Below are positions 49,699 to 57,280 of a stretch of 64,000 nt of DNA, in pieces (position 1 is the stretch's first letter; the number at the start of each line of letters is the position of its first letter). The notes beneath the pieces were generated by a model. It saw nothing but the letters and a program-made list of their open reading frames with translations, did no database searches and was not told the DNA's origin. This stretch comes from an uncultured virus (IMG/VR IMGVR_UViG_3300025286_000007) (lineage: Duplodnaviria; Heunggongvirae; Uroviricota; Caudoviricetes): IMG/VR virus record IMGVR_UViG_3300025286_000007, one strand, 5' to 3'. A program made the position numbers and the translations under genes.

Positions 49699-50118
49699 TT
49701 ATGCTCTATTGGAGTCTTCTTTATCCTTATTGGAATAAGTTTCTCCCTTAAACTCATCTTTCAATCTGTATTGAGGTGTCTGTGCATGACAGTTAGGACA
49801 TAAGAGTCTTAGATTATTTAATCTATTATCCTCATTGTTTCCATTAATGTGATCTAACTGTAACGGAATGGTTTCTCCTACCCAGAACACACGTAAACAA
49901 ATAGCACATTGTGGTTCCAAATAACCTTCATTTAGTAGACGTACCTTAAGTTTATCTGATTGCATAGGCACTTTATTATTCAAGTACTCTTTCATCTCTC
50001 TAGTTTTCAGTAACATCTGAGGATAGATGTCTAGCTCACTAGTCTTCATGGCTTTCTGAACATCCCATTTAGTTCTAAATGGTCGTACACCCTCTGCTAT
50101 AAATCGTTTACGAATCAT
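49699..50118 (-). CDS. HNH endonuclease
   Basis: CAIC..LQLDHING...DNRL.NLRLLCPNCH. Confidence 0.9.
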   Translation of the reverse strand: MIRKRFIAEGVRPFRTKWDVQKAMKTSELDIYPQMLLKTREMKEYLNNKVPMQSDKLKVRLLNEGYLEPQCAICLRVFWVGETIPLQLDHINGNNEDNRLNNLRLLCPNCHAQTPQYRLKDEFKGETYSNKDKEDSNRA

Positions 50119-50136
50119 AAGTATACCTCCTATTTT

Positions 50137-50145
50137 ATTATACTA
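50137..50145 (-). promoter_or_regulatory. Putative late promoter TAGTATAAT driving the minus-strand island
   Basis: ATTATACTA on the + strand, just upstream of the AGGAGG RBS of the HNH gene. Confidence 0.6.
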
Positions 50146-50165
50146 TATTGAGATAAAAAGTCGAG

Positions 50166-50194
50166 TTGCGTCCAAACGAAAATTGTGCTAAACT
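50166..50194 (+). promoter_or_regulatory. Early sigma70-type promoter
   Basis: TTGCGT-N17-TAAACT, extended TG. Confidence 0.6.
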
Positions 50195-50231
50195 TGAAAA
50201 CATCCAACGAAAAAGGAGGCACGAAACGCTT

Positions 50232-50312
50232 ATGATGATAGTTAACCCAATAAAGTTTTGGTTATTTTTGATGGTGGGAGGTATGTTTTCAATGGCATTT
50301 TGCGGAATGTGA
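50232..50312 (+). CDS. 26-aa hydrophobic peptide (not in the ORF track)
   Basis: MMIVNPIKFWLFLMVGGMFSMAFCGM; AGGAGG RBS. Confidence 0.45.
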   Translation: MMIVNPIKFWLFLMVGGMFSMAFCGM

Positions 50313-50335
50313 TTAGTTTAGAGAGAGGAGGAAAG

Positions 50336-50620
50336 GTGCTAATAGATAAAGAAACGGCTATTCAAATGATTAAATATAGTAAAGGAAAGATTTTTGGAGT
50401 GACCTTTGTAAAGCGTACCACAGGAGATATAAGAAACATGTCAGCAAGGCTAGGAGTTTCTAAAAGTGTTACTGGTGAAGGACTAAGATATGACCCTGAA
50501 AGTAAACAACTTATGACTGTGTATGATATGCACAAGAAACAATATAGAATGTTAAATACAGAAACTCTGTACAAATTGAATATGAAAGGTCATGAATACT
50601 CTATAGCTCAAGTAGTATAG
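50336..50620 (+). CDS. Conserved phage SH3/WYL-like beta-barrel protein
   Basis: GTG start after GAGGAGG; F.VTFVKR.TG..R.M.ARLGV..VYDM...YR. Confidence 0.6.
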   Translation: MLIDKETAIQMIKYSKGKIFGVTFVKRTTGDIRNMSARLGVSKSVTGEGLRYDPESKQLMTVYDMHKKQYRMLNTETLYKLNMKGHEYSIAQVV

Positions 50621-50627
50621 AGAAAAT

Positions 50628-50657
50628 TTGACAAAGTATCAAGTTTTGTGGTAAACT
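50628..50657 (+). promoter_or_regulatory. Early sigma70-type promoter
   Basis: TTGACA-N18-TAAACT. Confidence 0.7.
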
Positions 50658-50698
50658 TGAATCAAGCGAAAACGCTACATTTTAGGAGGTTACATATT

Positions 50699-50986
50699 AT
50701 GCAGATACAGAATGAATCCAAAGAGAAGTTTGTGTTGAGGGTGGAGAATACTTTCAAGGGTAATCAGTTTATTAAGAGTTTGAAGAAGCATCTTAATAAG
50801 AATACTTATGATATACGAGTTCGTTATTCTGGTAAGCGTCCAAAGGGTACTCCCCAAGCGTCTACTCGTAAAGAGAATGCTACTTCTATGCGAGTATACA
50901 TTACTGATACTGAGCGTGAACAAGATACACAGATTCGATATTATGACTTACTTAGGGCTTACAAAGACCTAGCTAAGTTAGTATAA
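50699..50986 (+). CDS. Hypothetical protein
   Basis: AGGAGG RBS before ATG 50699. Confidence 0.65.
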   Translation: MQIQNESKEKFVLRVENTFKGNQFIKSLKKHLNKNTYDIRVRYSGKRPKGTPQASTRKENATSMRVYITDTEREQDTQIRYYDLLRAYKDLAKLV

Positions 50987-50992
50987 TAGAAT

Positions 50993-51042
50993 AAACCTAC
51001 ACTGAAGTAGACCTGAGCATGTCTTTAAACTGCTCAATTTTT
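50993..51042 (+). ncRNA. H-type pseudoknot small RNA, copy 1
   Basis: AGAC-CUGAGCAU-GUCU-UUAAAC-UGCUC, preceded by TAGTATAAT at 50979. Confidence 0.7.
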
Positions 51043-51062
51043 ATTATGTAAGGATGTGAATA

Positions 51063-51248
51063 ATGCCAATCTTTGAAATCGTTTCTCTAGAAGAGGCTTT
51101 GGAGGCAACTAAAGTTGATAGGTGGTTGTCCGAAAAGTTTGGGGACGAATATGAATATGAGCTACCTCACTGTCCAGAATGTAATGGCACTAATCTGAAT
51201 GATGCAGTAACCCTATGTTGGGATTGTCTTGCATCAGACTATCAATAA
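51063..51248 (+). CDS. Small zinc-ribbon protein
   Basis: CPEC...CWDC. Confidence 0.6.
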   Translation: MPIFEIVSLEEALEATKVDRWLSEKFGDEYEYELPHCPECNGTNLNDAVTLCWDCLASDYQ

Positions 51249-51262
51249 GGAGGACAATACGC

Positions 51263-51505
51263 ATGGATCATGAAATGCAATGGACAGACATGGATTTATT
51301 GTTGCAAACAAATGAAGAACATAGAAAGTTAAATGGTGAACTAAGAGTAGAGAATAAGTTACTTAGAGAAACTGTAGAAGAACTTTATGATGTAATGTCT
51401 AATATAGATTTTTCTAGCCAACCTCTCTTAAAGTATAACGATATGCCATGGAAGAAATGGGAAGCTGTAGTTGAGAAAGAACCTGTTCAATTAAAGTTAT
51501 TTTAA
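51263..51505 (+). CDS. Hypothetical coiled-coil protein
   Basis: AAGGAGG RBS before ATG 51263. Confidence 0.6.
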   Translation: MDHEMQWTDMDLLLQTNEEHRKLNGELRVENKLLRETVEELYDVMSNIDFSSQPLLKYNDMPWKKWEAVVEKEPVQLKLF

Positions 51506-51729
51506 TGACTATAGATATATGGAGCTTAACAGTATGGGATTCAGATACAGGACAGATTTATACACTAGGTGCTGACTTTGATGTTAGTCACATTGCTGAT
51601 ATCCTAAATGATATGATCCATATAATAGGTTTGGAGATAGCCATTAAAAATGGATTATTGATAAAAAGTGTATTAAATGATGGGAAGCCTGTGGCAAATA
51701 AAGATTGGTTAAACTGGAGAAAGAGGTAG
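51505..51729 (+). CDS. Hypothetical protein
   Basis: TAATG coupling. Confidence 0.55.
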   Translation: MTIDIWSLTVWDSDTGQIYTLGADFDVSHIADILNDMIHIIGLEIAIKNGLLIKSVLNDGKPVANKDWLNWRKR

Positions 51730-51841
51730 TTATAGAGAAAAGAACCTGAAGTATACCAATGTGGAAACTAGTTACAGGGAAGGTTTCAAAACGAAAAAAA
51801 TAAAGTAGGTCAGTTTTAAATAGTATAATAAGGAGAGAGAA

Positions 51842-52015
51842 ATGAGTGGCGTAACAGAACAGATGTTGATTCATACACAGGAGTTTAATATAAGATTAGA
51901 CAGTACTGAAAGACTCATGCATGAAACACATCAGGAGGTAATGCAAAAATTGATAGACATTCAAGATAAGATTGATTTACTAGAGTTTCGACTAAAAGAA
52001 AAGAATTATGGATAA
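51842..52015 (+). CDS. 57-aa coiled-coil protein (not in the ORF track)
   Basis: TAGTATAAT at 51821 and AAGGAG RBS; MSGVTEQMLIH... Confidence 0.55.
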   Translation: MSGVTEQMLIHTQEFNIRLDSTERLMHETHQEVMQKLIDIQDKIDLLEFRLKEKNYG

Positions 52016-52187
52016 TCATAATTGGTCAAGTCGAGAGAGAAAAACAACATCTAAACGGTATCTGAAAAACTTAAGTAAGCCGTTTCGTAAAACCCTTCAA
52101 AAAGATTCTAAACAATCTCGTGAGTGGTCTAAACTAAAAAAGAAGTTGCGAAGGCTTGAAGACTACGAAGCTGAGGAAGTAACTTAA
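52008..52187 (+). CDS. 59-aa basic protein (not in the ORF track)
   Basis: MDNHNWSSRERK...; overlaps the previous stop. Confidence 0.45.
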   Translation: MDNHNWSSRERKTTSKRYLKNLSKPFRKTLQKDSKQSREWSKLKKKLRRLEDYEAEEVT

Positions 52188-52189
52188 TA

Positions 52190-52321
52190 ATGCGTATGTT
52201 AAAGAAATTTATATGTAGACGAAGGGGTCATTCAAATAATGTATTAGAAGTATATATACTTAAAGATATTATTAGATGTTCCCGCTGTAATCAAATACAG
52301 GAGACCTTTTATAAAAGGTAA
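52190..52321 (+). CDS. 43-aa C/H zinc-binding peptide (not in the ORF track)
   Basis: C....GH...RCSRC. Confidence 0.5.
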   Translation: MRMLKKFICRRRGHSNNVLEVYILKDIIRCSRCNQIQETFYKR

Positions 52322-52845
52322 TGAAGGAGGAGTATATGGTAGAAGAAAATAATACTCCCTTAGAGGAACATGATTATGAAGAACTGGAAAAAGAATTATC
52401 GTTCAGTTTATCTAGAAATGAAGCATTGTTTTTAGATGATAGTCTGACTTTAATGGTTGAACGAGAAGGAGATGAACAGCGAGTATTTTCTATGCGACCT
52501 GTACAAATGACTGCAGGACTAGCCGTACCATTGGACTTAATGGACAAGATTGGTAAAGCTGTGGTCTATACTACAAAACAGGAAAATCAAGGTAAAGAGT
52601 ATACGTTTGAGATAGATATTACAGAACTCTTTATGATTAGGGAGGTAGCATCATCGTTTATTAAAATTGGAGATGAACCTGTAGGCTATAATTTAAAACG
52701 TAAAGTTTGTGCATTACTGTATGCTGATGAGCTTGAACAAGAGAGTAGAGATGTGCAGATAGATTACCTACTTAAAGATGTTCAAGTTAATTTTGATACG
52801 GTAATTTCGGATGAAATTGATATCACTATAGATGTAAATAAGTAA
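52321..52845 (+). CDS. Acidic hypothetical protein
   Basis: GGAGGAG RBS before ATG 52336. Confidence 0.7.
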   Translation: MKEEYMVEENNTPLEEHDYEELEKELSFSLSRNEALFLDDSLTLMVEREGDEQRVFSMRPVQMTAGLAVPLDLMDKIGKAVVYTTKQENQGKEYTFEIDITELFMIREVASSFIKIGDEPVGYNLKRKVCALLYADELEQESRDVQIDYLLKDVQVNFDTVISDEIDITIDVNK

Positions 52846-52877
52846 ATAATACACATCATTCGTAGGTATATATATAT

Positions 52878-52910
52878 GGGGGGGATATAAAAATCCCCCC
52901 CCTATTTTTT
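52878..52910 (+). terminator. Intrinsic terminator-like hairpin directly before the tRNA
   Basis: GGGGGGGAT/ATCCCCCCC stem plus TATTTTTT. Confidence 0.65.
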
Positions 52911-52913
52911 AAA

Positions 52914-52997
52914 GCCTCTGTGGTGGAACGGTAGACACGCTTGGTTTAAGCCCAAGTGCCAAAAGGCGTGAAGGTTCGATTCCTTCCAGAGGCACCA
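52914..52997 (+). tRNA. tRNA-Leu (anticodon TAA) with encoded CCA
   Basis: Acceptor GCCTCTG/CAGAGGC; anticodon arm CTTGG-TTTAAGC-CCAAG; long variable arm; GGTTCGATTCC T-arm; ACCA end. Confidence 0.95.
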
Positions 52998-53023
52998 AAA
53001 AGAAGTATAAGGGGGACATAGAT

Positions 53024-53308
53024 ATGAGTATAGATATTTACCATTATTCTCTACTACCTGAAGGTTTGCAGGGCAGTATGCAACAATATGTTGAAAGGGG
53101 TATTGAGGCAGGTGGCTTTCTTATGGCCTGTCTTGAAAATGATTTAGTGGGAGCTTTTGCCAGAGCAGATAGTAAGAACCTTCCACGTTTACAGGAAATT
53201 GTGAAATGGATTTACTGGGAAGCTCCAACTGGATGTTGGGGAAGTAAAGAGAAAGTTAATAGTTGGTGCAAAGTTGGGGGAATTCAGTCTCCTCTATATT
53301 TGCGCTAA
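53024..53308 (+). CDS. Conserved phage hypothetical protein
   Basis: Y..RGI..GGFL.A.LENDL..AF.RAD..APTGCWGS.EKV. Confidence 0.7.
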   Translation: MSIDIYHYSLLPEGLQGSMQQYVERGIEAGGFLMACLENDLVGAFARADSKNLPRLQEIVKWIYWEAPTGCWGSKEKVNSWCKVGGIQSPLYLR

Positions 53309-53321
53309 GGAGAGTATAACG

Positions 53322-53522
53322 ATGACAATTATAACTGGTGACCTAATTCCTTTATTTAGATTACATACATTGCTTAGTGGTTTAAAGTTAGAGTTAAAAG
53401 GTATACGAATGACTAATAAAGGACGTAGCTGTTATGCAATTATTAAATCTGAACTAGGTTTTACGGGAAGCAAACAAAATGTTTATAATCAACTAGAGAG
53501 CTACTTAAATGCCAAACTATAA
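53322..53522 (+). CDS. Hypothetical protein
   Basis: AAGGAG RBS; GLKLE.KG. Confidence 0.65.
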   Translation: MTIITGDLIPLFRLHTLLSGLKLELKGIRMTNKGRSCYAIIKSELGFTGSKQNVYNQLESYLNAKL

Positions 53523-53706
53523 AGTATATTGGAGCAAGAGATATCATGTTTCTGGTATTGCTAAAATAGAAGCAGATAGTGTTACAGAAGCCGAAGAAAT
53601 TGTACGAGAGCATATAGGAGACTATGAAGGCCCTATGCAATATGATCCTCATGGAGATACGGTGAGTACCTTATATGAGGTTGAAACCTATAAAAGAGGA
53701 GAGTAA
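53509..53706 (+). CDS. Hypothetical protein
   Basis: IEADSVTEAEE motif common in small phage proteins. Confidence 0.6.
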   Translation: MPNYKVYWSKRYHVSGIAKIEADSVTEAEEIVREHIGDYEGPMQYDPHGDTVSTLYEVETYKRGE

Positions 53707-53707
53707 G

Positions 53708-53929
53708 ATGAGACTTGTTTTAGACCCAAGAAGAAAAGAGGATACGGTACTAGGGTTCGAGTGGCTTGAGCCAGTGAGTTATGGATATGACAAAGAGGGC
53801 ATACTTCAAACCATACTGTGTAAAGGACTCATGTCTGACAATTCAGTAAGTCTGATTGATATCCAAGAGCCAGAACTTTCAGAAGACTTAATGATGAATT
53901 ACACTGTATGGGATAACACTAATGTGTAA
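53708..53929 (+). CDS. Hypothetical protein
   Basis: GAGGAG RBS. Confidence 0.55.
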   Translation: MRLVLDPRRKEDTVLGFEWLEPVSYGYDKEGILQTILCKGLMSDNSVSLIDIQEPELSEDLMMNYTVWDNTNV

Positions 53930-54587
53930 GCCTATAGTTAGAAAGATAACAAAGAAGGAAGCAGAATCATTACTTCATCCCTATCATTATTTGACAAAGG
54001 AAAGCAAAGGTTTTAGGACAGGCTATAATTATGGTGCATTCATTGATGATGTTTTACAGGCTGTCTGTATATTTCATAATCCTTCTGTTCCTGAGTTGGT
54101 GAAGGGGTGCTTCGGTTTGACACGAACCGATCAACGTGGTATACTTGAACTTGGGCGATTAGTAAAACATCCGTCTGCCAACGGCAGTTTAATACTGTCT
54201 CAATTTGTAGCAATGGCTATGAAAGAGGTACGTAAGGAACTGGACGTTAGAGCTATTCTTAGCTATGCAGATTCTCGCTACCACGCAGGGTATATATATC
54301 AATCTTTAAACTTTATGTATTATGGACTCACAGACCCTAAAAGCGATTGGTGGTTTGAACAAGAGGATGGCACTTTTCTTAAACATACTAGAGGCAAGGT
54401 AAAAGGTAGTAAAGGAGAATGGAGACACCGACCAAGAAAACATAGATATTTATTAGTTTTTGACAAGACTCTTCAAACGAAGTGGCTTCCAAAAGTCTAT
54501 CCTAAAAAAGATAATAAGGAGTATACGTATTATGATTGCAGTAAAGAACAAGTTGATTATCGAATCAAAATATCTAGCACAGTTTGA
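53922..54587 (+). CDS. Mom-like (GNAT-fold) DNA modification protein
   Basis: YHYL, ELGRL, ILSYAD..H.GYIYQ.LNF.Y.G, RPRKHRY. Confidence 0.75.
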   Translation: MCKPIVRKITKKEAESLLHPYHYLTKESKGFRTGYNYGAFIDDVLQAVCIFHNPSVPELVKGCFGLTRTDQRGILELGRLVKHPSANGSLILSQFVAMAMKEVRKELDVRAILSYADSRYHAGYIYQSLNFMYYGLTDPKSDWWFEQEDGTFLKHTRGKVKGSKGEWRHRPRKHRYLLVFDKTLQTKWLPKVYPKKDNKEYTYYDCSKEQVDYRIKISSTV

Positions 54588-54858
54588 AGAGTTGTGTAAT
54601 AAATTATCGCCGGAAAATCTTGCTTGTGATGGAGAATTTAATATGCTTGAAACTAGGAGAAAGGAAAAGAAACTTCTGAAAGTTTGGAAACGATTAGAAA
54701 AGAAAATTGGGCGTACTGTAACTGAACAGGAAATATGGGATACTGTTTTGGAAACATATAGACAGAATAGAATAGCTTCAATCCCTAAGAACAGAGTGTG
54801 GAAAAATTATGTAGAAGAACCAGATTTAGATGATTATGATTATGAGGCTAGAGACTAA
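54532..54858 (+). CDS. Hypothetical protein
   Basis: AAGGAG RBS before ATG 54532; LSPENLACDGE. Confidence 0.65.
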   Translation: MIAVKNKLIIESKYLAQFEELCNKLSPENLACDGEFNMLETRRKEKKLLKVWKRLEKKIGRTVTEQEIWDTVLETYRQNRIASIPKNRVWKNYVEEPDLDDYDYEARD

Positions 54859-55112
54859 TGACAATGGGATATTTTATAATTCTATCGGTTATAGGTATGG
54901 GAATTGTGGGTATACTTAATATCTATATTGCCTATCTTTCCTTTAGATTAGTAGGTTTAACTAAATCTATTCTACAGGAAACTATTACTATTAGGAACGA
55001 TACGAAAGGTATCTTAGCAGAAACTATTATTATTCGGAAAGATACAGAATGTATCAGAGATGAGAATATTCGTATACGAAAAATTAGTGAAGAAGTTAGA
55101 GATAAGTTATAG
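54858..55112 (+). CDS. Single-TM protein with 14-aa coiled-coil repeats
   Basis: ILQETITIRNDTKG/ILAETIIIRKDTEC/IRDENIRIRKISEE. Confidence 0.6.
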   Translation: MTMGYFIILSVIGMGIVGILNIYIAYLSFRLVGLTKSILQETITIRNDTKGILAETIIIRKDTECIRDENIRIRKISEEVRDKL

Positions 55113-55115
55113 AGA

Positions 55116-55373
55116 ATGGAGGGAAGGATAATGGACGTTTACACAACAACAGTTAAAACAGTAGGGAATGTAGATAAACAACAGTATACGCCTATCACAG
55201 ACCCTGAAGATTTTTGGGGAATTACAATAGATGAAGTCCGTGATAAGATTTCTAAGTGGCAAAGTTTCTGGATGGTTGGTGGCGGCAATTGGACAAATCC
55301 TGTACTCTATAGAAATGGTGAAGCCTTTGGTTATTTCTCATATAATCTACGATTATGGGATTCCCTGCTCTAG
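55116..55373 (+). CDS. Hypothetical protein
   Basis: GGGNW...GYFSYN.R.W; likely start ATG 55131. Confidence 0.65.
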   Translation: MEGRIMDVYTTTVKTVGNVDKQQYTPITDPEDFWGITIDEVRDKISKWQSFWMVGGGNWTNPVLYRNGEAFGYFSYNLRLWDSLL

Positions 55374-55377
55374 GGAT

Positions 55378-55407
55378 TTGACAAAAGTTTTACGCTTGTG
55401 TTAAACT
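55378..55407 (+). promoter_or_regulatory. Early sigma70-type promoter
   Basis: GGGAT-TTGACA-N18-TAAACT. Confidence 0.7.
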
Positions 55408-55440
55408 AAGGTTGCGTTGAAAAAACCGATTCGCTTTTGC

Positions 55441-55458
55441 GGAGGTGTAGATATGTAA
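55441..55458 (+). other. Start-stop minigene (GGAGGT RBS, ATG-TAA), copy 1
   Basis: GGAGGTGTAGAT-ATG-TAA. Confidence 0.55.
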
Positions 55459-55510
55459 TTATCGAGGATGTTCAATATCAAAGTATGTTTAGTACATAAA
55501 GGAGTAAATC

Positions 55511-55732
55511 GTGGGTATACAAGAAATAGTAAAAAGCATACAGGATAGTGTAAGCAACTTAGAGGACGTACAGCTAAAGGTTGAAGATATAATGGCTACG
55601 GCAGAGGATGTAAGAGATAGAGCCGTAAGCACACTAGAAGCTCTCCAAGAGGATATAGAACTTCTCTATAGAATAGAAACAAATCTATATGAAGCAGAGA
55701 GTATAGAAGACGACTCAAATAATATAATTTAG
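55511..55732 (+). CDS. Acidic coiled-coil protein
   Basis: AAGGAG RBS. Confidence 0.6.
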   Translation: MGIQEIVKSIQDSVSNLEDVQLKVEDIMATAEDVRDRAVSTLEALQEDIELLYRIETNLYEAESIEDDSNNII

Positions 55733-55750
55733 TATAAAGGAGCTAATATA

Positions 55751-56809
55751 ATGTCAGCATCGATTTTTGGTGATAGATTTCTAGGAAGGCGCACACCTGC
55801 ATGGCATAGGATTGGACAAGTATTTGAAGAGCCTATGTCTATGAGTCAGGCTATTCGTAAAGCAGGTATTGATTTTCATATTGCAAAACATCCTGTAGTA
55901 GTTCAGATAGATAAAGGAGAGACTATAGACCTTGTACCTACTAATAATTTTGCAGTTGTGCGAGAACCTGTAAAAGACGACGATGAATATAGAGTATTGT
56001 CTATAGTAGGAAAAGAGTGGACTCCTATTCAAGCTGTGGATTTGGGTAGGATGTTAGACCCTGTAACAGAAAAGTATCCTGTGGAAACCATAGGTGCAAT
56101 AGGTTATGGAGAGAAAATCTTCATGACCTTAGATGCAGGGGATAGTAAGATTTGTGGTGAAGACCATAAACTATACTTCCTCGTTACTGACCATCGTGAT
56201 GGTATGGGTGCATTGCAAATTGCTTTTACTCCTGTACGAGTTGTGTGTCAGAATACACTTACGGCGGGGTTGGCAAATGCTAAGATTTCAGTAAGGCTTA
56301 CCCATACTAGGAGAATTGAATCGGATACAGAGTGGTACATAGGATTGTTTAATCAAATGAGTTCAGCAAAGGATGAAGCTATTGCTGTTATGAACACTCT
56401 TAATACAACTACTATAGAGGACACAGATGTGGAGAGAGTTTTGAAGTCTGCATATCCTGACGCTTCTCAGCCCAGACGATTATCTCTTTCAAAGGATATC
56501 ACTGCTGATGATGTCCCTACTGGTGTGTGGATGAAACTTCTTGGTGACAAGAAAGAATTGCAAGAAGAATATGAGAAACGAGTAGAGAGAATAGAATTGA
56601 TTCGTAATGGAGCAAGGGAACGTTATACTGCTTTCAACGATGAGTTTAGTAATCTTGCTCGTACTCCTTGGGCTATATGGCAAGCGATTGTAGAAACAGA
56701 AGACTATAGGAAGGGCCACGCTAATTCTGCTACCGCATTGTTTGGCTCTAGGGCAGATGCTAAGGCTAGGGCTTTTTCAACTGCTAGACAATTAGTAACT
56801 AATAGTTAG
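55751..56809 (+). CDS. DUF932-family (LGT-associated phage/plasmid) protein
   Basis: PAWH.IG, ETIG.IG.G, HDG-like, TPVRVVCQNTL. Confidence 0.85.
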   Translation: MSASIFGDRFLGRRTPAWHRIGQVFEEPMSMSQAIRKAGIDFHIAKHPVVVQIDKGETIDLVPTNNFAVVREPVKDDDEYRVLSIVGKEWTPIQAVDLGRMLDPVTEKYPVETIGAIGYGEKIFMTLDAGDSKICGEDHKLYFLVTDHRDGMGALQIAFTPVRVVCQNTLTAGLANAKISVRLTHTRRIESDTEWYIGLFNQMSSAKDEAIAVMNTLNTTTIEDTDVERVLKSAYPDASQPRRLSLSKDITADDVPTGVWMKLLGDKKELQEEYEKRVERIELIRNGARERYTAFNDEFSNLARTPWAIWQAIVETEDYRKGHANSATALFGSRADAKARAFSTARQLVTNS

Positions 56810-56819
56810 TATAATAGAA

Positions 56820-56870
56820 AGAGCAAGGTGAGGGTGCTGTCCTGAGCATGACAGAAAACTGCTCTATTTT
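56820..56870 (+). ncRNA. H-type pseudoknot small RNA, copy 2
   Basis: CUGUC-CUGAGCAU-GACAG-AAAAC-UGCUC, preceded by TAGTATAAT at 56807. Confidence 0.7.
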
Positions 56871-56896
56871 ATAGACTATAAACGCTGCAGGAATAT

Positions 56897-57172
56897 ATGG
56901 ATACTAAGGACGCTGAACAATTGATGTTACCTTTTTTCCCTCATGATCCGTACTTAGCAGTACAGTCATTATCTAAAGCGATGTATGATTATGCGGGAGT
57001 GCTGTTACCTAATTGGATATGGGAAACGATAGTACAACAATACTTCACGTTCCTACACCTTCAAGTACTGCACATGAAACAAGAACATTTACGTGAGCAA
57101 ATAATATCTGAAGACCCTTTTCACATGAATACTATACCCTATCTTATACCCGACCATCCTCTATCGAATTAG
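56897..57172 (+). CDS. Hypothetical protein
   Basis: Weak AGGA RBS; fills the gap. Confidence 0.45.
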   Translation: MDTKDAEQLMLPFFPHDPYLAVQSLSKAMYDYAGVLLPNWIWETIVQQYFTFLHLQVLHMKQEHLREQIISEDPFHMNTIPYLIPDHPLSN

Positions 57173-57184
57173 AGCAGTGGGGAT

Positions 57185-57213
57185 TTGCCACAAACGTCGA
57201 AACATGCTAAACT
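57185..57213 (+). promoter_or_regulatory. Early sigma70-type promoter
   Basis: GGGGAT-TTGCCA-N17-TAAACT. Confidence 0.65.
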
Positions 57214-57242
57214 AATGAAGCGGTCGAAAAACGGCATTTTGT

Positions 57243-57259
57243 GGAGGTGTGAGATGTAA
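57243..57259 (+). other. Start-stop minigene (GGAGGT RBS, ATG-TAA), copy 2
   Basis: GGAGGTGTGAG-ATG-TAA. Confidence 0.55.
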
Positions 57260-57280
57260 TTATATATTCGTAATAAACCA

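Noticed and set aside
49392..49751. + strand 119-aa ORF
   Set aside because: Antisense to the minus-strand island genes, which have RBSs and motifs
52914..52997. tRNA as an attachment site of an integrated prophage
   Set aside because: Phage-type genes lie on both sides, and there is no integrase or duplicated tRNA 3' end in the window
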